A stretch of 64,000 bases of DNA from Candidatus Kaiserbacteria bacterium (GCA_031430855.1 JANPCG010000006.1:2531-66530); one strand, 5' to 3'; counted from the first letter of the stretch, positions 18,345 through 27,990 are shown. Notes: generated by a model from the letters alone, not told the origin. Program-made: numbers and translations.

Positions 18345-18612
18345 CACTATTATGTATCAAGATACTGAATTAGAAAGACTCGAAGACACTCGTGATCACA
18401 ACATCACTGAGCAGACTAAGGTGTTACGTGAGATTGAAAAAGCTCGTGATCGACTCGAGGATGAGTTAGATCGGGTGAAGCGTGATTGGGGTGGAAAACT
18501 CAGACGTCATGAGGAGGATTTAACCCGTCTTCATGAACAATTACCCCAATTGACGGTAAGAATTAATGCGCGCAAAAACCAAATAGAGCGCGAGCAGGGA
18601 GACAAAAAATAA
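18325..18612 (+). CDS. hypothetical coiled-coil protein
   Basis: Charged heptad-like sequence; start uncertain. Confidence 0.35.
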   Translation: MRELLYNTIMYQDTELERLEDTRDHNITEQTKVLREIEKARDRLEDELDRVKRDWGGKLRRHEEDLTRLHEQLPQLTVRINARKNQIEREQGDKK

Positions 18613-18623
18613 TCCAAACTTTT

Positions 18624-19220
18624 ATGTACTCGTATCGGATTGAACAAGCTATTCGGGCCGCAGCCGTCCTCCACCGGGACCAAACTCGCAAGGGATCGAT
18701 GCCCTTTCCGTACGTAACGCATCTTTTTTCAGTTGCGACGATACTCCCTGACTACACCAACGACGAAGACGTGATCATTGCTGCCTTACTTCATGACACA
18801 ATTGAAGACACCGATTACACGCCAGAGGAACTCGAAGAAGACTTTGGCGGCCGCGTGCGCGAAATTGTTGACACGCTCACTGAACCTAAAATGAATGGGG
18901 AACGAAAGTTGTCCTGGAATGAAAGTAAGACAGCCTATGCCAAACAACTCAAAAATGGACCAAGGGAAGCGGCTTTGATTGCTGCCGTTGATAAGATTCA
19001 CAATTTTCGGACCTCTGTTGAGGAATATTATGACGATCATAATCGTTTCCTCCAAGACTTTGGTAAAAACTTGGATGAGCGGATCGAGGTATATCAAAAT
19101 ATTGCGAACGTCATCAATCACCGTTTAGAGGGACCAATCCTGAACGAATTTAATCATGTCTTTGACGAATACAAGAATTTCATTTATGCCATCAAACAAG
19201 CACAAGAAGTCCGGTTTTAA
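18624..19220 (+). CDS. HD-domain (p)ppGpp hydrolase, small alarmone hydrolase (SpoT/Mesh1-like)
   Basis: ALLHDTIEDT is the RelA/SpoT hydrolase HD signature; 198 aa with no synthetase domain. Confidence 0.75.
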   Translation: MYSYRIEQAIRAAAVLHRDQTRKGSMPFPYVTHLFSVATILPDYTNDEDVIIAALLHDTIEDTDYTPEELEEDFGGRVREIVDTLTEPKMNGERKLSWNESKTAYAKQLKNGPREAALIAAVDKIHNFRTSVEEYYDDHNRFLQDFGKNLDERIEVYQNIANVINHRLEGPILNEFNHVFDEYKNFIYAIKQAQEVRF

Positions 19221-21024
19221 CTACACTCCCCAGAATTCTGCCCCTGCAATAGGCGACTTCAAAACTGAATGGGATCTCAAAAATCTTTATTATAAATCTG
19301 AGTCTGATCCGCACATAGAAAAGGATGTCGTAGCGATTGAGACGGCCTACCGAGTTTTTGCAAAAAAATATGCTGGCAAAGATTTCACGAGTACCCCTGA
19401 GAAACTAGCGGCTGCACTTAAAGCCTACGACGCCCTGATGGACATTCCTTCGAGTAAGCCGATTTTATATTTCTGGTACCGTAATACGCTCGATGCGAAC
19501 GATGAGAAGGCAGAACAGCAGATTAATCTCCTCAGTGACCGTTTAACAAAAGTGGGGAACTTAACGATTTTCTTTAGTCTCGCCATTGGAAAAATCACCA
19601 AGAAAAACCAGGCGACCTATCTTAAGCATCCAAAACTCCAAGCACACCAGTACCTCTTGGAGCGGATTTTCCTCACCGCCAAGCACACCCTCACCGAAGC
19701 TGAGGAAAAAATCCTTAATCTCAAAGCGGCGCCGGCGCGTAGTATGTGGATTGCGGCTACCGATAAAATCGTTAATAAACGAACTATCACGTACAAAAAG
19801 AAAAACATTCCGTTAAATGAGGCAATTGAAAAAGTATCAGCGATTCCTGTTAAAGAAAGACCGGTGTTATGGAATATTGTTCGTACGGAAATTAAAGCCT
19901 TAGCTGAATTTGCCGAGCCGGAATTAAATGCCGTCGTAACTGACAAAAAAATTAACGATGAATTACGTGGGTACACCAAAGCGTACGAATCAAAAGTCCA
20001 AGGGAACGAAAACGATCTCCGTAGTGTCGAAGCATTGGTCGAATCAATTAGTGACAAAGGGTTTGCTCTTAGTCGCAAATTTTATGAACTCAAAGCGAAA
20101 GCACATGGAGTAACAGCGCTTCCGTACGCCTCAAAGTACGACCCGATTGGTCACGAGCCAGTCATTCCATTCAAAGAAGCCGTCGATATCTGCCGAGATG
20201 TGTTCTATGGGGTCAAAAATGAGTATGGAGCGTTTTTTGATAACATGTTGGAGAATGGACACATTGACGTCTATCCAAAGCCGGGACGCAGTGGTGGTGC
20301 CTTTATGTCGAGCGATACTGGGGTACCGACAGTGGTATTTCTGAATCACGTTGATAACTTTAAATCACTCGAGACTCTAGCGCACGAAATGGGACACGCC
20401 TTGCATACCGCCCGCACCAAAACGGCCCAACCGGTGCGTTACCAAGGCTATTCACTCACGACCGCCGAGACGGCGAGTACGCTTTTTGAGAACCTGGTAT
20501 TTGATGCCGTCTACGCTCAGTCTGATGCTGCAACGAAACTTAATTTAATGCATGATCGACTCGTGCGTGACATTTCGACAATTCAACGACAGATTGCCTT
20601 CTTCAACTTTGAAACTGAGATGCACACCTTAATTCGAACCCAAGGGGCAGCGAGTAAAGAAGAACTGGCAGCACTCTTAACCAAACAACTACGCGCCCAT
20701 CTCGGCAAAGGTGTGAGCGTTGATGATGATGACGGATACTCATACGTATACATCGGACACTTCCGTTCAATGTTTTATGTCTACACCTATGCCTATGGTC
20801 TCCTAATGAGTAATCTCATGATTCAAGAGTACCGCGCGGATAAAAACTATGTCAATAAGATTGATCAGTTCCTCCAAAGCGGCGGTAACAGTACGGTTGA
20901 ACAGATCTTCAAGAGTATTGGCATTGATGCCTACAAAACCGCTACATTTGAAGCCAGTTTGGGCAATATTGCCGACAATGTCACAGAATTTGGGCGCCTG
21001 ATCAAAAAACAGCCACTAGTGTAA
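19186..21024 (+). CDS. pepF: Oligoendopeptidase F (M3 family)
   Basis: HEMGH zinc motif (TLAHEMGHALH); M3B architecture. Start is ATG 19186 or 19156, both overlapping the upstream gene. Confidence 0.9.
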   Translation: MPSNKHKKSGFNYTPQNSAPAIGDFKTEWDLKNLYYKSESDPHIEKDVVAIETAYRVFAKKYAGKDFTSTPEKLAAALKAYDALMDIPSSKPILYFWYRNTLDANDEKAEQQINLLSDRLTKVGNLTIFFSLAIGKITKKNQATYLKHPKLQAHQYLLERIFLTAKHTLTEAEEKILNLKAAPARSMWIAATDKIVNKRTITYKKKNIPLNEAIEKVSAIPVKERPVLWNIVRTEIKALAEFAEPELNAVVTDKKINDELRGYTKAYESKVQGNENDLRSVEALVESISDKGFALSRKFYELKAKAHGVTALPYASKYDPIGHEPVIPFKEAVDICRDVFYGVKNEYGAFFDNMLENGHIDVYPKPGRSGGAFMSSDTGVPTVVFLNHVDNFKSLETLAHEMGHALHTARTKTAQPVRYQGYSLTTAETASTLFENLVFDAVYAQSDAATKLNLMHDRLVRDISTIQRQIAFFNFETEMHTLIRTQGAASKEELAALLTKQLRAHLGKGVSVDDDDGYSYVYIGHFRSMFYVYTYAYGLLMSNLMIQEYRADKNYVNKIDQFLQSGGNSTVEQIFKSIGIDAYKTATFEASLGNIADNVTEFGRLIKKQPLV

Positions 21025-21055
21025 TTCACAAATCTAGGGAATATCGTTTAACAAA

Positions 21056-21138
21056 TAGGAGGCAGGACCTCCTACTTACTGTAAAGAAGCCATGTTCAAA
21101 AACATCATACTATCAAGTAGGAGGTCCTGCCTCCTACT
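21056..21138 (+). promoter_or_regulatory. 21-bp perfect inverted repeat (taggaggcaggacctcctact / agtaggaggtcctgcctccta) with a 39-nt spacer, in the alaS leader
   Basis: Seen directly. Each arm is also internally self-complementary (aggagg/cctcct), allowing alternative folds. Confidence 0.5.
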
Positions 21139-21213
21139 TGATAGAAGTGCACAACTCGCCAATTATCGAGGATTTGCTATAGTACAGATTCATTAATCGG
21201 TAATTTATTTTGT

Positions 21214-23160
21214 ATGGGGGGAAATGACATTCGAGAAAAATATCTAGCTTTTATGGCCCAAAACGGCCACGCTATTATCCCGTCTGCGGCCCTTGTCCCC
21301 GAAAACGATCCAACCACCCTGTTTACCGGGAGTGGTATGCAGCCACTGATTCCATACCTAATGGGAGAACCACATCCAAAGGGGGTTCGTCTGACCGACT
21401 CCCAAAAGAGTTTCCGTGCGAACGACATCGAAGAAGTAGGGGACAATCGTCATACCACCTTCTTTGAAATGCTTGGTAACTGGTCTTTAGGTGACTACTT
21501 CAAAAAGGAACAGCTTCGATACTTTTTTTCATTTTTAGTTGATGAAGTCGGGCTTGATCCGGCACGAATTTACGTTACCGTGTTTGCTGGTGATGAATCA
21601 CTCGGTATTCCACGTGACGATGAATCGGTTGCCATCTGGAAAGAACTATTTGCTGAACGCGGCATTGAGGCCAAGGATGTCTTTATTGGAAGCGAAGAAG
21701 ACGGCTACCAAGTCGGAATGCAGGGTGGTCAGATTTTCTACTATGATGCAGCGAAGAACTGGTGGAGCCGCTCGGGTAAGCCTGCTAACATGCCCGCCGG
21801 GGAGATTGGCGGACCCGACAGTGAAGTGTTCTATGACTTTGGCCCAGAACATGCGACCCACCCAGTGTATGGAAGTCTAGCGGCGCACCCAAACAGCGAT
21901 TCCGGACAATTTCTTGAAATCGGTAACTCTGTGTTTATTGAGTACGTCAAACAACCTGATGGTTCATTTACGAAACTACCACAACGTAACGTGGACTTTG
22001 GTGGGGGACTCGAGCGTATTGCAGCCGCAAAAGTTGGTGACCCTGATGTATTTAAAGTTGACCTCTTAAAGACTGTTGTTAGTCAAATTGAAGACCTCTC
22101 AGATAAAAAATATGAAGATGAGCTCATTGCCTTCCGAGTGATTACTGACCACATACGCGGGGCAGTGTTCTTGATTGGTGATGGAGTACTGCCAGGTAAT
22201 TCAGATCAGGGATATTTCGTGCGTCGACTACTGAGGCGAGCTGTTCGTTATGCCGATAAAATCAATATTCCGGCTGGTAAATTCGCTCAGTTATCAGAAA
22301 GTGTGATTTCGACATACGAAGTGCACTACCGTAATTTAACTGAGAAGCGGACTGAAATCATTGAAGCAATCAGTAAAGAAGAGGAGCAATTCCGCAAGAC
22401 CCTTGAGAGTGGACTGAAGCAATTTAACAAAGTCTCGCTCCAGATTCATGTCAGCAGCACCGAAATAGACGGTAAAAAAGTCATTGATAAAAGCGTTAAC
22501 CCAATCACTAAACAAGCCATTAGTGCCCAAAATGCATTTGACCTCTACACCACTTACGGATTCCCGATTGAAGTAACTGAAGAAATTGCCGCCGAGAAGG
22601 GGCTTATCGTTGAGCGAGTAGGGTTTGAAAAACTGATGGAAGAGCACCGCAACCTCTCGCGCGCTGGAGCTGAACAGAAATTCAAAGGGGGACTAGCAGA
22701 CAATTCAGAGACGGTCGTACGTTACCACAGTGCAACCCACCTGATGCTCGCGGGACTCAGACAGATTTTAGGGACTCACGTCCACCAAGCCGGATCAAAC
22801 ATTACAGGCGAACGACTTCGTTACGACTTTACACATGGTGACAAAATGACACCGGAACAAATTGCTGCCGTTGAGGCGTTTGTAAACAACGCCATTAAAC
22901 AAGGTGGTGCGGTAACGATAGATATGATGGCAAAATCCGAAGCCGAAACCGACCCCACTATTGAAGCCAGTTTCTGGGACCGCTATCCAGACGAAGTAAA
23001 GGTCTATACCATGACGGGAACAGATGGAACAATTCTCTCACGCGAACTTTGTGGCGGTCCACATGTAGAAAAATTAGAGGATATCAATGGTACTTTTAAA
23101 ATTACGAAAGAAGAATCCTCTTCGGCGGGGGTACGACGCATCAAAGCAATCTTGGAATAA
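21214..23160 (+). CDS. alaS: Alanyl-tRNA synthetase, truncated form lacking the C-Ala domain
   Basis: Class II catalytic core; editing HxxxH (HSATHLMLAG); CGGPHV zinc motif. 648 aa versus about 875 aa typical. Confidence 0.9.
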   Translation: MGGNDIREKYLAFMAQNGHAIIPSAALVPENDPTTLFTGSGMQPLIPYLMGEPHPKGVRLTDSQKSFRANDIEEVGDNRHTTFFEMLGNWSLGDYFKKEQLRYFFSFLVDEVGLDPARIYVTVFAGDESLGIPRDDESVAIWKELFAERGIEAKDVFIGSEEDGYQVGMQGGQIFYYDAAKNWWSRSGKPANMPAGEIGGPDSEVFYDFGPEHATHPVYGSLAAHPNSDSGQFLEIGNSVFIEYVKQPDGSFTKLPQRNVDFGGGLERIAAAKVGDPDVFKVDLLKTVVSQIEDLSDKKYEDELIAFRVITDHIRGAVFLIGDGVLPGNSDQGYFVRRLLRRAVRYADKINIPAGKFAQLSESVISTYEVHYRNLTEKRTEIIEAISKEEEQFRKTLESGLKQFNKVSLQIHVSSTEIDGKKVIDKSVNPITKQAISAQNAFDLYTTYGFPIEVTEEIAAEKGLIVERVGFEKLMEEHRNLSRAGAEQKFKGGLADNSETVVRYHSATHLMLAGLRQILGTHVHQAGSNITGERLRYDFTHGDKMTPEQIAAVEAFVNNAIKQGGAVTIDMMAKSEAETDPTIEASFWDRYPDEVKVYTMTGTDGTILSRELCGGPHVEKLEDINGTFKITKEESSSAGVRRIKAILE

Positions 23161-23378
23161 GCGAACTTCTAAAAACGAGCGGTTTTTTTGTTGTACTTCG
23201 CAAAATTAATTTCCCCGTATATTAAATACGCATCAAATAATTTTTCTTGTACGCCTCGAAACCACTTCGTTTTAAAAAGTTCTCTGACTCGAATCATTTA
23301 ATATTACTTTGCAATCCATTTTAATGATTTGAAATAGGGGACAGCAAAGCGCCAGTACTACTGGCGCTTTGCTATACT

Positions 23379-24620
23379 ATGGGGGTTATGAAGTTATTTA
23401 GTTCTTCACCAGAATCCATTCGTTATGGTGCTGTCATTGATATAGGATCAGGGAGTGTCCTCGTATCGATTGTGAAGTCAGACCCTACCATGCATCACCC
23501 CATCGTTATTTGGGCTAAACGTGAGTACGCCGTCAATCAAACAAAAACTGACGCTGTGCAAAGTGCCAAAGGCGTTATGACTGCCCTAATGAATAGCGTC
23601 TTATTAATAGACAGTGAAGGACTTAGGGTACTTAAATCACGTGAGCCCGGAGCAAAACTACGCTCAATGCAAGTCTCTATCTGTGCCCCCTGGTCGTACA
23701 CCATCACCAAGGTCATTAACTATTCTGAAGAGAAGGATTTTACTGTTACGAATGCGTTACTGGAGAGCCTCATGGACGCCGCCCAAAAGAAAATTACTGA
23801 AGAACTCAAAGAAAACGAGCTTGCGAGTGATCTGGGTCTTACTATCATGACTCGGGCCACCACAGATATTTTAGCGAACGACTACAAAACTGCTTCGCCA
23901 ATCGGACAAAAAGTAAGTACCCTCACTCTCACTCAAGTCAGTGCGGTAGCGCAAGCGTATCTAACTGAAGCAATTGGTGATCTTCAGAACAAAGTTCTTC
24001 CCCAAGCAGACTTAGAACGCTACTCATTCATGCTGATGTTCCACTGCATTATTCGCGACCTCCATCACCAGATGACGGAGTATTGTTTAGTTGATATCAC
24101 CTTTGAAGCCACCGAGATTGGAATTGTACGGGGCGGTATTTTACGTTACTGCACCCACGCTACTGCAGGCATTAGTACGATAGCCCGTAAAGTAGCTGCC
24201 GCTCTTGATATTCCACTAGCAGAGGCATATACGTTCTTAAAAGAGCCGTACCATACCAAAGCCATGGAAACGTTAAGTGAAACACGACGTAACTCAGTCG
24301 AAGAGATTTTGATAGAATATCGTAACGCTATTTCTTCACTCTTTCACGAAACAGGGGATAGTTTATCAATCCCTAAAGTACTGTTTCTCCACGGCGGACA
24401 GGAGACCGAGGCATTTTTTATGCGCCAAGTTGATATTGCTGCTCGTAACGCGACGCAATCAGTCCACACTACCCACCTGGTAACTGAAGAACTACTGACT
24501 GAACACTACTCACCGGCAGAGAAGGCCGCACTGACCGCAGAAGCACCCGACACGGCACTTCTGGTAGCGGCCCAGTTTTTCCACAAACAACACCATTGCA
24601 GTGAATTTATTCAAGTCTAA
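23379..24620 (+). CDS. Actin-fold (FtsA/PilM-like) protein with degenerate ATP-binding motifs
   Basis: GAVIDIGSGSVLVSIV matches phosphate-1. CLVDITFEATEIGIV aligns with the FtsA DIGGGT phosphate-2 motif but has lost the glycines. Confidence 0.5.
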   Translation: MGVMKLFSSSPESIRYGAVIDIGSGSVLVSIVKSDPTMHHPIVIWAKREYAVNQTKTDAVQSAKGVMTALMNSVLLIDSEGLRVLKSREPGAKLRSMQVSICAPWSYTITKVINYSEEKDFTVTNALLESLMDAAQKKITEELKENELASDLGLTIMTRATTDILANDYKTASPIGQKVSTLTLTQVSAVAQAYLTEAIGDLQNKVLPQADLERYSFMLMFHCIIRDLHHQMTEYCLVDITFEATEIGIVRGGILRYCTHATAGISTIARKVAAALDIPLAEAYTFLKEPYHTKAMETLSETRRNSVEEILIEYRNAISSLFHETGDSLSIPKVLFLHGGQETEAFFMRQVDIAARNATQSVHTTHLVTEELLTEHYSPAEKAALTAEAPDTALLVAAQFFHKQHHCSEFIQV

Positions 24621-24644
24621 GCAGCTATACTGTATACTAGTACT

Positions 24645-26042
24645 ATGACACAAAAATGGAATCTACAGGACATTCGTCCAGCCCAACCACGTGAGCGACG
24701 ACCAAGTGAGATGCCACCAAAGATGGAATCTAATCGTCCTTCGGCAACACCAACATTACGACAGCCAGCACGACCAGCACGAGATGCAGAAGAACTACCG
24801 GAAGTATTTTCTGACGAAGAGGAAGGCCGCATTCCGGTTATAAACGGTAACAAAAAAAGCCGTAGCCAACTGATTGTTGGAGTCATTATTGCTGCCCTCG
24901 TCATCGGTACCGGGATAGGTATCAGCGCACTTACAGGTGGTGCTACCGTGACCCTTGAACCAAAAGTCCGTGAATTGAATGTAAACGCAGAATTTACTGC
25001 GTACAGTGAACCAAAAGCTGGTGAGTTGAGTTACGAAATCATGACCCTTGAAGCAACTGACGAGAGTCAAGTAAAAGCCAGCGGCCAAGAAACCGTAACA
25101 ACCCAAGCGACCGGCGAAATCGAAATCTCGAAAGCGACCGCTGGAGCTGAACGATTGATTAAAAATACTCGCTTCCAAACTGCAGATGGATTAGTATTCC
25201 GCATTCAAGAATCGGTGGTTGTACCAGGGGCCCTCAAAGACGCGGGTGGTACACTTGTTCCCGGCAGCACCCGAGCGCAGGTATTTGCTGACGAAGCAGG
25301 AGATAAGCACAATGTAGCTGCCGGAACCGTGATGAATGTTCCTGGCTTTAAAGAAGGTGGATTTACAGACTTATATAATGCCATTACAGCTAAAAATACC
25401 GCCGCTTTTACGAACGGTTTTAATGGACCAAAATTTATCATTAACGAAGGCGAGCTAAGTACGGCGAGACAGTCTCTCCAACTCAATCTTAGAAACCAGC
25501 TCCTGGCTAAAGTCGCCGCTGAACGACCCGCTGATTTCACTACTTTTGATTCTGCCATCGCTATTACCTATACCGAACTACCTCCCGTTCAATCGGGTGA
25601 TGATCTTGTAACTATCAGGGAACAAGCCATTTTGCAGATTCCACTTTTCAAGAAAACTGACTTTGCCGCCTTCCTAGCTCAAGAAACTGATGTAGCCTAC
25701 GATGGCGACCCCGTTCGTATTGATAACATTAATAATCTTACCTTCAGCTATCTCTCTGCAACCACGAGCCAGAACAATATTGCCAATCTCGAAACACTCC
25801 AATTCAAAATTGCAGGTGTTCCAAAAATTGTTTCGACCGTTGATGCAGAACGAATGAAAGCTGAACTATTAGGTATGGAGAAAACTGCCCTTCAGGGTGT
25901 CCTCAGTAAGTATAAAGGTATTGTCCGCGGAGAAGTCGAAGTTCGTCCATTCTGGAAACGCACCTTCCCAACAAGCCTAAATGATATAATCATTGAAGAA
26001 CGATTCGCGGGAGAATCAGAAGCGAGACAGCTTTCTAAGTAA
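24645..26042 (+). CDS. hypothetical single-pass membrane protein with an extracytoplasmic domain
   Basis: Pro/Arg-rich N-terminus, one TM (LIVGVIIAALVIGTGIGISAL), about 350-aa C-terminal domain. Confidence 0.5.
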   Translation: MTQKWNLQDIRPAQPRERRPSEMPPKMESNRPSATPTLRQPARPARDAEELPEVFSDEEEGRIPVINGNKKSRSQLIVGVIIAALVIGTGIGISALTGGATVTLEPKVRELNVNAEFTAYSEPKAGELSYEIMTLEATDESQVKASGQETVTTQATGEIEISKATAGAERLIKNTRFQTADGLVFRIQESVVVPGALKDAGGTLVPGSTRAQVFADEAGDKHNVAAGTVMNVPGFKEGGFTDLYNAITAKNTAAFTNGFNGPKFIINEGELSTARQSLQLNLRNQLLAKVAAERPADFTTFDSAIAITYTELPPVQSGDDLVTIREQAILQIPLFKKTDFAAFLAQETDVAYDGDPVRIDNINNLTFSYLSATTSQNNIANLETLQFKIAGVPKIVSTVDAERMKAELLGMEKTALQGVLSKYKGIVRGEVEVRPFWKRTFPTSLNDIIIEERFAGESEARQLSK

Positions 26043-26141
26043 AAATACTGGTACCGTGTCTAAAAAACCACATTATAAACAGCTACTAAGTGCTCTTTAT
26101 TTGACTATATGCGATTCTTTTGCTAAACTCATGCCCGTCTA

Positions 26142-26369
26142 ATGGACCAGCCAGAATTATCAACAAAAGATGACCTCGTGTACGGTGTCGTAGAGGAAGC
26201 TCTCCCGAACGCCCTTTTTCGTGTCATACGAGATGACACCGGGGAATCTCTAATTGCCTATCTAGCTGGCAAGATGCGACGGTTCAGAATCAGGGTTTTA
26301 GTTGGGGACAAAGTCGGTATGGTTATCGACCCCTACGGAGGAAAAGCACGAATTAGCAAACGAGTTTAA
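26142..26369 (+). CDS. infA: Translation initiation factor IF-1
   Basis: S1-like; GKMRRFRIRVLVGDKV. Confidence 0.95.
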   Translation: MDQPELSTKDDLVYGVVEEALPNALFRVIRDDTGESLIAYLAGKMRRFRIRVLVGDKVGMVIDPYGGKARISKRV

Positions 26370-26379
26370 GTAACACAAC

Positions 26380-26496
26380 ATGAAAGTACGATCATCAGTT
26401 AAAAAAATGAGTCCAGATGATATCATCGTCAAGCGACGGGGTGTTGTGTTTGTTATTAATAAAAAGAAGCCCCGCCATAAGCAGCGACAAGGCTAA
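26380..26496 (+). CDS. rpmJ: Ribosomal protein L36, cysteine-free (C-minus) form
   Basis: [38 protein letters not shown]. Zn-ligand Cys replaced by S, D and N; His retained. Not in the ORF track (38 aa). Confidence 0.8.
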   Translation: MKVRSSVKKMSPDDIIVKRRGVVFVINKKKPRHKQRQG

Positions 26497-26507
26497 CTAT
26501 ATAGTGT

Positions 26508-26885
26508 ATGCGTATTTCAGGTATCAACATCCCCGATGACAAGCAGCTCGCCTACGGCTTAACTGCAGTGTTCGGTATAGGTCTCTCTCGAGCGAAGGAT
26601 ATTCTTTCGAGCCACAAGATTGAACACACCGCCAAGCCAACCACTCTCTCAACTGAGCAGGAAAATGCCGTTCGAGAAAGTGTTGAGGCTTTCACTATTG
26701 AAGGAGAACTCAAGCGATCAATCGCTGCTAATATCAAACGCCTTAAAGACATTGGTTCATACCGTGGCTCACGTCACTCAAAGCGTCTCCCAACACGTGG
26801 ACAGCGCACAAAGACCAATGCGCGAACTCTCAAGGGAGCGAAAAAGACTATGGGTAGTGGACGCCGTAAGCTCGAAAAGACTTAA
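26508..26885 (+). CDS. rpsM: Ribosomal protein S13
   Basis: Typical S13 sequence. Confidence 0.95.
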   Translation: MRISGINIPDDKQLAYGLTAVFGIGLSRAKDILSSHKIEHTAKPTTLSTEQENAVRESVEAFTIEGELKRSIAANIKRLKDIGSYRGSRHSKRLPTRGQRTKTNARTLKGAKKTMGSGRRKLEKT

Positions 26886-26912
26886 CATTTATTAGCACTA
26901 ACGTAACGACAT

Positions 26913-27344
26913 ATGGGTAAGAAACGTACAGTAAAAAAGAGTGGGGGTTCAGATATCGCGGGTAGCTCTCGTGCATTGAACCGTATTCCGAAGCGAAAGG
27001 TTCCGGCCGGACGCTTAAACATTCTTGCGACTTTTAATAATACTCTTTTAACACTTTGTGATCCAAAAGGGAACGCAGTAATGAGTGCCAGTAGTGGAGC
27101 GCTTGGTTTTAAAGGATCTCGCAAGAGCACACCGTTTGCCGCTGCCAAAGTTGGTGAAATTATTGGTGAAAAAGCTCAGCAAATGGGAATGAAAGACGCT
27201 GAAGTAGTGGTTCGCGGAGTTGGCGCTGGTCGTGAATCAGCCCTCCGTGCATTCTCAGGAAAGGGAATTGGCATCACTCGGATTGTCGACATGACTCCTG
27301 TCCCCTTTAACGGTACCCGTCCACCAAAGCCACGACGCATTTAA
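26913..27344 (+). CDS. rpsK: Ribosomal protein S11
   Basis: Typical S11 sequence. Confidence 0.95.
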   Translation: MGKKRTVKKSGGSDIAGSSRALNRIPKRKVPAGRLNILATFNNTLLTLCDPKGNAVMSASSGALGFKGSRKSTPFAAAKVGEIIGEKAQQMGMKDAEVVVRGVGAGRESALRAFSGKGIGITRIVDMTPVPFNGTRPPKPRRI

Positions 27345-27358
27345 TTTACTATTATCAT

Positions 27359-27964
27359 ATGAAAATCGGTCCTAAATACAAAATTGCCAAGCGTCTCGGC
27401 GCCCCAATTTTTGAAAAAACTCAAACTGCTAAGTTTGCACTTTCACAAGCTCGTGTTGGTCGTACGCGCAAGCGTGGCGGAATGGCGAGTGACTACAAAA
27501 AGCAACTCATCGAGAAACAAAAAATGCGTTTTACCTATGGTATTACTGAAAAGCAACTCAGTCGCTATGTAGCTGAAGCTACGACTTCAAGTCATCAGCC
27601 AATTGCGCTCTTGATCGAACGTTTAGAATCTCGTCTTGATAATGTAGTCTACCGCCTTGGTTTAGCTAAAACTCGTCGTTTTGCTCGTCAGATGGTTTCT
27701 CACGGTCACATCTTTGTAAATGGTCGTCGCCTTAATGTTCCGTCATACAAAGTCAAAGCAGGTGACGTTATAGCGGTACGTGAACAGAGTAAAGCAAGTG
27801 GACTCTTTACTATTCTTGCAGACTCACACGAGACACTCAGTGTCCCAAGTTGGCTTTCATTCGACATTAAGACAATGTCAGGCTCAGCAGTAGGCATGCC
27901 ATCATACGTGGCAACTGATCATATGTTTGATCCAGAACAGGTTCTCGAGTACTACAGTCGCTAG
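27359..27964 (+). CDS. rpsD: Ribosomal protein S4
   Basis: S4 N-terminal and S4 RNA-binding domains. Confidence 0.95.
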   Translation: MKIGPKYKIAKRLGAPIFEKTQTAKFALSQARVGRTRKRGGMASDYKKQLIEKQKMRFTYGITEKQLSRYVAEATTSSHQPIALLIERLESRLDNVVYRLGLAKTRRFARQMVSHGHIFVNGRRLNVPSYKVKAGDVIAVREQSKASGLFTILADSHETLSVPSWLSFDIKTMSGSAVGMPSYVATDHMFDPEQVLEYYSR

Positions 27965-27990
27965 GTACACACGGTTTATTAAAGTTTAAA

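Noticed and set aside
19156-19185. pepF start at 19156
   Set aside because: Would overlap the HD hydrolase gene by 65 nt. Internal ATG 19186 preferred but still uncertain.
21025-21213. T-box riboswitch for alaS (and leuS leader 8050-8125)
   Set aside because: No AGGGUGGNACCGCG-like box or UGGN bulge in either leader; only aspS has it.
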